A program made the translations under genes and the position numbers. Shown here one piece after another: positions 54,403-64,000 of a DNA stretch of 64,000 nt. Source of the stretch: Eledone cirrhosa. Taxonomy: Eukaryota. Each line of letters starts with the position of its first letter. The stretch's first letter is position 1. The stretch is from positions 264,368,001 through 264,432,000 of the forward strand of contig OZ024743.1 in NCBI GenBank assembly GCA_964016885.1. Direction: 5' to 3'. The notes under the pieces were generated by a model. It was not told the DNA's origin, made no database searches, and saw only the letters and a list, made by a program, of their open reading frames with translations.

Positions 54403-54582
54403 ATAATTGTTTCTACTTTAGGCACAAGGCCAGCAATTACCCAGTGCATTATTTGTACTTTATTTTATCGACCCCGTAAGGATGAAAGGCAAAGTCAACC
54501 TCGGCGGGATTTGAACTCAGATCGTAAAGGGACGTAACTATGCTGGAAATCATGGCGTCCGACCCTCTACCGATACTGCCAA
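54403..54582 (-). mobile_element. Near full-length tRNA-derived SINE
   Basis: Highly similar to 9922-10109, with B-box GTTCAAATCC on the minus strand. Confidence 0.8.
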
Positions 54583-54936
54583 TGCAGATCCATATTAAGT
54601 GTTACTATTGGTATATATAATAGCAATTCATCCTTATTCAAAGTGTTTAGAACGCCGCGCATTTTGATGTCTATATTAGAACATATTAAGCAAGTAAAAT
54701 TGATTTCCTCCTCGTAACATTCATGTTTAATATAATTCCTTCGTTTGTAAATGGTAACCTGATTTTTGTAAACAACTAAGGTAGACATGTGCATCACCAT
54801 GTACGTTGTACGTGATGTTAGGGTGCTCTTCCTTGGTTGCTAAAGACCAGTGGTTAATTTCCTCACTTCTAAATTTCCTATGGAGGCTGTAAAAATGTTT
54901 ATTTACATTTCGTATATTATTCAATATAAAACCCCA

Positions 54937-54984
<48 letters not shown>

Positions 54985-55625
54985 TCAGTGTAACCAATAT
55001 CTGATAACTGCCATAAAACTCACTAACTGACTAATTGTGTTCGCTTTGCAAATAAACGACCATCATACAAACTGCACATTTGAGCATCATTGAGCATTTG
55101 GGCTATGGCCGCAGGTCACTAAAATGAATTGTGAGACTTCCATATTCTATATATTACTTACTCCCATCCATAGATGTATTAGTTTCCTGTATAAGGTTAG
55201 AACATGTTTACACTTTTTTTTATATTAATTTTATATTGAATGTTGATTGTTCGATTTTATATTACAAATCAGCCCTTGCATATGTCTATGTGTTTTATAA
55301 TTGAAGATACTTGAATATAAATGGTGAAGATTTTTGGTCACGTGAATTCCAGTTTTTGAAATGTTTCGAACCAATCAGTGTGTTATTTCCACGACTGATT
55401 GATCATGTGATAGTACGATGGTGAACTGCTAGAATCGGCAAGGTTGTTACTTCGCTAATCTTAGCCATCCGGCTAATTCAAGGAGTCTAGATTGCGTAAA
55501 ATTTACCGATGTTACGTAATCCTCTACATAAAAATTCTTCTAATAACTGCTATAGGCAGATGACTGCGACGAAACGGAATTTCGAACAGCAATGCAAAAC
55601 CAGCCTACCAAATGCATACTTGTTA

Positions 55626-55720
55626 TTTTGCCTTTCATCCTTACGGGGTCGATAAAATAAAGTACCAGTAATGCACTGAGATAATTCCTGGCCTTGTGCC
55701 AAAAAGTAGAAACAATTATT
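55626..55720 (+). mobile_element. 5'-truncated SINE
   Basis: tttgcctttcatccttacggggtcgataaaataaagtaccagtaatgcactg...agaaacaattatt. Confidence 0.75.
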
Positions 55721-56225
55721 AACTCTTTACCTTCCTCTCTCGCCATTTCTTTCTCTTTCTTTCTCACCCTTTCTCTCTCTCCCTCTCCCTATCCCACTCT
55801 CTTTCTCTCGTCGCTCCCTCTTTTTGCCTGCTGCCACCTAGGTTAGACATACTTCTTCTTCGCCCTCACTATCTCATTGTTCAAAAGGCCCCGGACTTAA
55901 GCCCAACCGCTGGTTTAACTTTCTCCCTCTCTCTCCCCTGGTTACTTTACATACATGTACGCTCCCCGTGTTCCCCCTCTCTATCGTTATGTTCACTGCT
56001 TTTTTTATCTTTTTTTCTTCTGTGTTTCTCTTATGTTTAATTTATTTTCTCTCTCTTTCTTTCCCCCATAACTTCTAAATGTTATTTACGCTCTGGGGAT
56101 AGGCTTATTGTCTTTAATGTGTTGAAACGTCCGAGACACCCAGCAGACAACTGAAGAGGGGACTGTGCCTTGGACGCAATTAAGTTGCACCTTAATACCT
56201 ATATATATGTATATATATATACATA

Positions 56226-56275
56226 CAGGGGTCGGCCGTCGAAGAAACAACACCACGTCTTCTGCCGGCCCCCTG
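56226..56275. mobile_element. 50-bp Tc1/mariner-like TIR relic flanked by TA
   Basis: ta-CAGGGGTCGGC...GCCGGCCCCCTG-ta imperfect hairpin. Confidence 0.5.
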
Positions 56276-56507
56276 TATCATGAAAACAAATAATCTTTTT
56301 CGGGGAAATTATTGGACTTTTTCAAATTTACAGGTTTACTAGGATCTTTCAATTTTTATTTTAGGTTTTGCTATCTGAAGAGCTCAAGATATCTTAATTA
56401 TATTCCGCAGTGGAATATGTATAACGGAGTTTTAAATAAACCTGAATCAACTGAATATGGCCTTCCATCTTATATTAATACACAGACACAGCCACAGACA
56501 CAGCCAC

Positions 56508-56550
<43 letters not shown>

Positions 56551-56582
56551 GGCAGACAGACAGACAGACATACAGACAGACA

Positions 56583-56628
<46 letters not shown>

Positions 56629-59176
56629 GAATAAATTTTACAAAGTTAACTAAAGGAGATTACTACCATTAATTTCACCATTACTGCAGATTCGTCTGAT
56701 ATTAGTCCTTCTATTATATACAATGGATAACATTCAAGAATTTCAGACTCTTCTTTGAAAGTATAATTAAATTTGCACCTGTTATTTTAGAGGAGACCCG
56801 TTCATTACTATTCACGTATAGTGTAGATTTTCACGCACGTACAGATTAGGCAAGGCAAACAAGTAAATATTTGTGCACTGAACAATAACGTGTATAAATG
56901 TCACTGGACACAGCAGATATATAAAACGTCAAACAGCTCAAAAATAAAGGAATAGCAAACATCAAACAGACGATTATTTGTCACTAATGTACTGAAAATC
57001 TCAATAAATGATAGCTAGAAATTCAACTTAGAGTATTATATCCATATATAGAATACTTATTTTATTGTTTAGTTGATTGACATGTTATATATCTGCTATG
57101 CCTAGCGACATTTATACTCGTCTTTGTCTTGTGTACAAATATACACTTGCTTTCATACAAAGCAGTATTTATTTATACCTAGATAATCATAGAGTGGCTA
57201 AAACACAATATAATGCAATCCATAGAATGAATAGCCCTGAGAATAAACGTATTTGTTCGGCAAAAATGTGATCGATAATAAGCAATAGATTGAAATAAGT
57301 ACTGGAATCAATATTATCACCGAAACTATTTAAGACGTTGCCCCAAACCAATGAAAGGTGTGATTCATATTTATATTACACTTTTTCATTCGCTTGGATG
57401 ATTATATTTATATGGAACTAAAAGAAATATCACTGCAGCTCACCAACCTTAAACGCGACCTGCACGCAATATGATGATCCTGCAGCTTAGCTCTAAATGT
57501 AATGGAAACAACTCATCATATCTAACTAAACCATCCCTTCTGAGCCAGAAAATATTTAGAGCCCTCGACAACGCTTGACTCCCTAATATTATTGGGTAAA
57601 ACCTATACTAAAATAGTGCTTCCATATCCAGGATGGCGCTTCTGCCACACTCACAAATATCATATGCTACATCCAGAAAATCTCAATAGTCTGAAATGCA
57701 TAAATGACGGCTGGTGGGATACATATTTAGTGGTATCAATGATATCTGCACCTTGGAGCTGACTTACCACCTCCTACCTTCACTCTGCTCTCCTGTCTCA
57801 CACACGTCTCTTCCTCTCATCAGCTATATTGCATCCAAATTCTCGGGCCTTGCATTGCAGCAACCACTTCGCACTGTAATCCCCCCGCGCCAGAACGTCC
57901 TCTCTCTGTAATTCTTTCAATGCATATATTTCATGTTGAATTTGCTGGTAAAAATATAAACTTAACATCAATAGCCTCAATCTCATGGGTCGCAGATGAT
58001 GTGCAACAGTTATGAGTATAGATCCTTCCTCCAGTCATAGCAAATAATCATTTAAAACACGAACACATAATACAGTACCACAAAGTATCACATCAATACA
58101 TCAAAACACAACATCACCGCCACGCCTACAACCACACAAACACATAATCGTAGGTCATACTTAGTCTTTTTTTCTTTTTAATCAAATAACTTTTGAAGGA
58201 AGATAAATTGTTTAAATACTCCAAAATATTGAAAAGTTAGAGAAATGGGAAAAGATGGAAAACGTGAAAGATAAACATAAAGTTATATATAGAGTGTTTG
58301 TTATGAGAAATGCAGAGCGTCTGAGGAAAAAGTGAGTGAAAGCGGGGGGGGGGTAATAAAAGAGAATTAAATAACGAAAGAGAGTGAGAGAGCGAACAAA
58401 TAGGGAGCGAGAATGATAGTGGGTGAGAGAAAGAATAAATAATGAATGGGAAACGAATGTGTAGTAGTAAGACATGTAAAAGACCGTCTGATGTTAGGCT
58501 GGTAGTGGTGGGGATAAAAGAATGTTACATAAATATGGACGAGGATAAACGATTCATAAAGGCAAACCATCTTTCACAAATATGTTAGATATATACGCAG
58601 ATAAAAATTACGTATATATAATCTGAAAATATATTCGCTGTTCTCATTAAAAGACAATGCAAAGCAAGTGAAATATTAAAATATTGAAAGCCTCGAACAA
58701 ATTAACATTGGAGAAGGGAAAAAGGGGATATAGATGCCAATGGAAATCCAACCAGCATGCTACATATTTGTAATAACCATAACACCATATTGATTTGAAT
58801 AAATCTAAGTTGACTGTATATTTAATAGAACCGATACGTTTAAAATGTTCTGAGATAATTGGTAAATATATTTGTTTTCTTATTAAAAGCTACTACAAAG
58901 TATATAAAAAGCAAAATAGTTGAGTAAGCCTTGTAAATTACATATGGAGACAGACGAAAGATATATAGACGCTTATATCAATCGAACCCAGTGTCTGGAA
59001 TATGTCGGGCGACTGCGATAACCATTTGTTCGTCTGGTAATTCGAAATATTAAAAGATAAGATAAATTGTTTTGGTTTTGCTTTTGTATTTACTTCCACA
59101 ATCGCGCAATGTTGCATTGTCGTAGCTTTCTAATATGATTTTAGTTTATTTTACAATATTTCATATATACTATATA

Positions 59177-59672
59177 CTAGCTGAGGTACCCAGCGTCGCC
59201 TGGGTAAACAGATGATAAGAGAAGACAGGTAGAAGAGAAAATGACTGTATTTTATGTTTTTTTCTGGTTTGCAGTATGAGGCGAGACCCTGGTGTGTGTG
59301 TGTCGGTGTGTGTGTGTGTGTGTGTATGTGTGTGTGTAAGTGTGTGTGTGTGTGTGTGTGAGTGTGTGACAAAACAAAACAAGACAAACAAATACAGTAA
59401 AAAAATCTTCCATAGACACCAGATTCTTCGTTTTATGATTCGTGCATAGTATATGAAGATTTCTAGGTGTTTCCACTCATGAACAACCTACACATAGAGA
59501 AGGGGAGAGATTATTGGTGTTAGATATTGAGAGGGGGGGGGGGTAATGAGAGAGTGCCATGTGGTTGATAGGGAAAGGGGGATAGTTTAATGGTAATGAA
59601 TAGAGTGGGGCGGATTAGAAGAGCGTGCCGTGTGGTAGATTATAGAGAAGGATAAAGTTTGATGGTAGTAGA
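59177..59672 (-). mobile_element. Non-autonomous Helitron
   Basis: The minus strand starts TCTACTACCATCAAA and ends with the hairpin acccaggcgacgctgggt followed by CTAG. A/T insertion site. Confidence 0.75.
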
Positions 59673-59974
59673 TATATATTTCTATTTATTTGCCACCAGG
59701 GCATCAGAGATTGGGACAAATACAAAGGGGGGAGTTTACATACATTTAAAAAGACGTGTAAAAAACATATAACAAATTAAATTTAACAATCGATGTCCTC
59801 AATAGGGAGGGGCGTTGACATGGGTCGCACACCCCCCCGAAAAAATGTGCAACCCTCCTCTTCAGGAGCACAAAGAGCGGGTGCTTCCTTCCTCTTCTCA
59901 TTCTTCTCCTCTCTCACCTACAGGCTGATATAGAGAGAAGGCCCAGTCACTCGGGCCATTCTCGCTACTTTCAC

Positions 59975-62900
59975 CTATCTTTCATGAAACTTGCTGGGGT
60001 AGAGCACCTCTCTCTCCATTCTGATCCTTCTTCTAAAGTGGTACTTGAAAAAAAAGACCAGTTGTTGGCCGGAGAGATAGGTGTCTGACCTCAGCCCTTT
60101 CAACCTTGTCCACCATACAACTTCTTTCGCCGTGGCTATCACACAGAGGAAAACCGCCTCTCCTTCGTTTTTGAAAGGGGGAGGCGGTTTGATTGTGACA
60201 ATGTTCTCGATGGTCAACCGGATTGCTCCCACCCGCGACAGTAGTCGTTCTACATAGCCCCACAGGTCAGCAGCGCCCGGGCAGTGTACGAATGCGTGTG
60301 CGACGGTTTCCTCGTCACGCACGCATCTTGGACAGATCTTCTTCGAGGGGTCCCTACCCGGGCGCCCGTGTCTGTAGAGCTTGTCCCGAACGGGTAGAGC
60401 TCCTCGGTAACATTGCCAAGCCAGGGACTTTTGGAAGTTGTCCATCGGTCCCGGGCCAAACGTCCTACCGAACAGACTGGCCAGCTCGTCTTCCTCCATG
60501 CCCAGAGCCTCTCCGAGAGCGTCGTCACACTTACTGCGCACCAACCCTCGAGAGAATGTTGAGGTTGAGTCTCCACTGATTGCCGGATCCGCTTGCCAGA
60601 GGGCCGTGAACGCCTGGGCACATTCAATGTGCCAGTCGCCCACTTTTCTCGGTCTTTGCTTGACCCAGGATTGCAGCTCGGTGAGTGAGACGAGTCTCGG
60701 AAAGGCTCGCCTCACAAACAGGGCCCACACCGGCTGACCGGTGAGGAATACCTGGAGGTGCCGTAGCCTTAATGCGTGTCTATGCATCGTCAGCCACGGC
60801 ATCCCCAGCCCTCCGTTCGAAGGGTGTTGACAGCAGATGGATCTTCTCACCAAAGGAGCCCGCTTCTTCCAAAAAATCGCAAGAGCGCGCGCTCCATTTT
60901 GGCGAGTGTTTTCTCTGGGCAAGGCACGACGGTCAAGCGGTAGTAGATGACGGACGCTATATAAGCGTTCGCCACCTCCGCTCAACCTTTCAGGGATAGT
61001 TTGCACTCGGCCCACTTCTGGGCGAGTGCAAACACCTTGACCGTTACCTCGTCCCAGTTTTTCTCCACCTGGAGGTCCGGTCCGAACCAGACCCCGAGCA
61101 GCTTCACCGGTCCCTCCGTCCAGCGTCCGCCGATGCCGTCGGAGGGCATCGTTTTGCCCCTCCACGTCCCGAGTTGCAAACCGACGGACTTGTCCCGGTT
61201 CAGCTTGGCTCCTGTGGACCTTTCATATTCCTCCAGTCAGGTGCCGATCTGCCCGCTTTCCGAGGCGCACGACACCATTACTGTCACGTCATCGGCGTAG
61301 GCTGACACCGCTTTCCGCAATCCCGGTTCCAAAGGGATGCCCTGCAAGAGCTCCAGCTTCCTCAGTAGTGGCTCGAGTGCCAGCACATACAGGAGGGAGG
61401 AGAGAGGGCATCCCTGTCGAATGGATCGCGTAATTTGGAACGGCTCCGAGAGGTAGCCATTCACCTTGACCCTCGAGCAGGTGTTGCTGCTGTGCATTGC
61501 AGCAATTCAGCCCCTGAAAACGGGTCCGAAGCCTGCCGCCGCGAGCACCGCATCCAGGTACCGATGGTCAACCCTATCGAACGCTTTAGATTGATCCAAG
61601 TTGATCAGGGCCCCACCAAAGCCGGGTTCCTTCCCTACCCTCTCTACGATGTATCGCATGCGGTGGAGGTTGTCGTGTATGGACCTGGACGGGATTGCGC
61701 ATGTCTGTGCTTCTCCCACCGGGTTCCCGACGACAAGCGCCAACCTCTTCGCTAACACCTTGGCCAAAATCTTTAACTCTGTGTTTAGCAGAGTTATGGG
61801 CCTGAAGTTATCTATGTCATCCCCCTTGTTCTCGTCCTTCCTCACCAGCCTGACTACGCCCTTGGTCACAGAACTGGGAATTCTCCCGTTCGGTTGCCAG
61901 TTGCAGTAGACCGCCTCGAGGAGACCGGAGAACAAGCTTCGCTACATAAAGTTCTTATGGTAGACCATCGAGACCCGGAGATTTGTGTTTGACGCATTGG
62001 CTCAGCGCTTCCCCTATTTCAGCGGCTGAAATCGGCCTCTCGCAGGACTTCGCCTCCCCGTCCGAGAGCCGCGCCAGACCGTCGAGGTATGGACCAAAAT
62101 CCATGGCCCCACCCGGCCCGCCGCCCCTCCCGAACAGTCGTGCAAAGCGCTGTTGAAAGGCCGCGCTCATCCGCTCAGGTTCAAGGATCACGCGTCCATC
62201 CTGGTCCTTCAAAGACCGAATCGTGGACTTGTTTCCACTTTTTGCCTCTGTAACTCGGGCCCAGCTAACAGCGTTGGCTCCCTCGTTACCCAGAGCACGT
62301 ATTTTTCTCCTGACAACGCAGCCTTCGTGCTTCGCATCAAAGAACTGGTCTAGGGCCGTTCTTGACGCCAGCACGCCGGCCACGTTGCCACTCCTAATCG
62401 CCTCTTCTACTCTATTTGTTAATTCACTTTCAGTTCTATTCCTATCTGATGCTAATTCCCGACTAAAACCTATCGATTCTATTCTAATTTCTCTCTTGAG
62501 AGAGCCCCACCACCTGTTGTTGACAATTGCCCCCGTCAAACGCTCCTTAACTAGTGTGCTAATCCGCTCACTGTAAGCTTTGTTTGTCGGTAAAGACAAG
62601 TTTAGCTTCCAGTAACCGGGTCCCTGTCTATGAGTTCTATCAAGGTTGACCACTCCGGTCAACAACTTGTGATCCGAATAGTCAACCATGAACATTCGTG
62701 GACAGCTTAATCTGTCCCTATCCTTATTTCTAACTAGGAACCTATCTAGGTACGACCTGGATGTTCCGCAGCGATTACTCCACGTCCACCGTGGCACAGT
62801 CGGAAAATCCAGTCGATATCTATCGGCCAGATCAAATCGGCCGATTAATCGTTTGAGGCTGTTACACCCCCCTCTATCGGGACATGCCCCTACATAGTCC

Positions 62901-63349
62901 CAACGTGCATCCAGGATACCATTCCAGTCCCCCACTAAAAGCAAGGAGCGAGACGCTCCCAGGAAATTCTCCAGGCGTCGGAAGAAGTCCGGTCGCGGTG
63001 TCCCCGATAGGGCATACTCTGCCACCAGCCTGAAAGCTCCACCTTCACCACTGCCGACGTCTAAAACCACCAGTCGACTCTCCGGGTCCACGTGTACCTT
63101 CTGTGTGGCAAGGCCCAGGTATTTTCGCAGCAGAACGACAACCCCACCCCCACCCCTCGGCTGACAGAGAGATGCGTAGATCTCAAAGTAGTCGAAGATG
63201 GGGGCCAGTTGGCGCTCGCTGCTGATCCTGGACTCGCAAATAACCATTACATCCACTCTGTGCGACCTGAGGTCATTTAAGAGTTTGCCCTGCTTCCTGG
63301 ACATCCCCAAGCCGCGTGCATTCACACATCCAACTCTTATATTGGCCAT
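59975..63349 (-). pseudogene. LINE ORF2 (APE endonuclease, reverse transcriptase, zf-RVT) with several stops and frameshifts
   Basis: VNARGL, LVGDWN, SYLDRF, SDH; KSPGLDGLP, NFRPITLLN, LDQSKAFDRV, IRQGCPLS, AYADDV. Split over ORFs 61955-63349, 61507-61935, 61237-61497, 60982-61179 and 59975-61165. Confidence 0.9.
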
Positions 63350-63391
63350 GTTGGTGCTGTAGAGGTAAAAAGGAAGAGGAAAGGAAATTAC

Positions 63392-64000
63392 TTACCTCTT
63401 CGTCTCCTGGGGACCAGGCTGCACAATTTCCATGGGGGTGTTGGAAGGGTTGTTTCGTGGGGTGGTGGTTTGTGGTGGGGTGAGGACATCAGTGTGTGGT
63501 GGGATTAGGGTGTTTGGTGGGGTGTGGGTGTCTGGTGTGGGGGTGGGGAAACATCTCAATAGGACGCTGTTATGTGGTTTGGTGCAGTTGGTCCCCACAT
63601 GCATTGGATGGTTCTTTTTCAAAGTTACATAGGTTCCCGTTGGGACCCTAATCATCATTAGGTGCGGTTTGTTCGCTGCGTAGGTGATGTGATCCCTTCG
63701 GTTTCCACCGAAGGGTTATTTTCTATCGCTTTCATCAACGTTTTATTGTTCTTGTTAATGTATGTATAGAGTTTTTGTTGTGTTGTGTTTGTTTTTGTTT
63801 GTTGTTCTTGCGGGTGTTTGCGTTTTATAGTACGTGTTATGTTTTGGGGAGGGGTGGTTTTTTTTATTTGTGATGTTTGTTCTGTTTGTGCTGGTGGTTG
63901 TGTGTTTGTGGCATTTTTGTTAATGTGGTGCCTTTTTTTTTCCTTTTCACCTGTTGAAAGGGTTCTCCCTCGTCGTCACTCGGTGACGTTGATACGGAGT
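63392..64000 (-). pseudogene. Probable C-terminal low-complexity part of LINE ORF1 (frameshifted)
   Basis: Directly upstream of ORF2. SPSDDEGEPFQQVKRKKK resembles the aromatic-x-x-V-x-RKK motif of L1/Tx1 ORF1 tails. A Pro/Thr-rich frame ends at 63392, in frame with ORF2. Confidence 0.55.

Larger units (their letters stand above)
59673..64000 (-). mobile_element. L1/Tx1-type LINE (ORF1 C-terminus, full-length but disrupted ORF2, 3' UTR); continues beyond the window
   Basis: APE, RT and C-terminal CPRC..ETVAHAFVHC zinc motif. The 3' UTR with AATAAA is homologous to 4055-4287. Confidence 0.92.

Noticed and set aside
54567-54924. Possible hAT transposase C-terminal remnant or host exon (HWSLATKEEHPNI)
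   Set aside because: The resemblance is limited to a few residues and cannot be supported without a profile search.
60223-63280. Plus-strand ORFs overlapping the LINE
   Set aside because: Antisense shadows of a GC-rich coding sequence with no independent motifs.

Overview
AT-rich, microsatellite-saturated eukaryotic DNA. The SINE, RTE and microsatellite make-up suggests a cephalopod, probably Octopus-like (inference). I found no confidently identifiable host protein-coding gene; almost every recognisable part is mobile DNA. It contains: (i) Penelope-like elements (PLEs) of at least three lineages (Naiad-like at 5.4-9.0, 36.8-38.2 and 50.9-53.7 kb; Neptune-like at 17.3-21.9 kb; a third, Nematis-like, at 12.3-12.7, 26.5-26.9 and 33.6-36.4 kb); (ii) a long L1/Tx1-type LINE at 59.7-64 kb (minus) and a 3' fragment of the same family at 3.3-4.3 kb; (iii) degenerate RTE LINEs, tRNA-derived SINEs, two non-autonomous Helitrons and a 50-bp Tc1/mariner-like relic. 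Three signals stand out. First, about ten minimal type I hammerhead ribozyme motifs, two families of which show compensatory base-pair changes between copies. One family sits in a non-coding, hairpin-rich ~433-nt tandem/inverted unit at 43.46-44.47 kb that looks like a retrozyme (circRNA-producing non-autonomous element). Second, the LINE ORF1/ORF2 junction, where the ORF1 stop lies inside a consensus GTAAGT...(Y)n-CAG 39-nt segment whose removal fuses ORF1 to ORF2 in frame. Third, about a dozen local inverted duplications, one with a visible fold-back junction. All calls were read by eye, so long-element boundaries are approximate.
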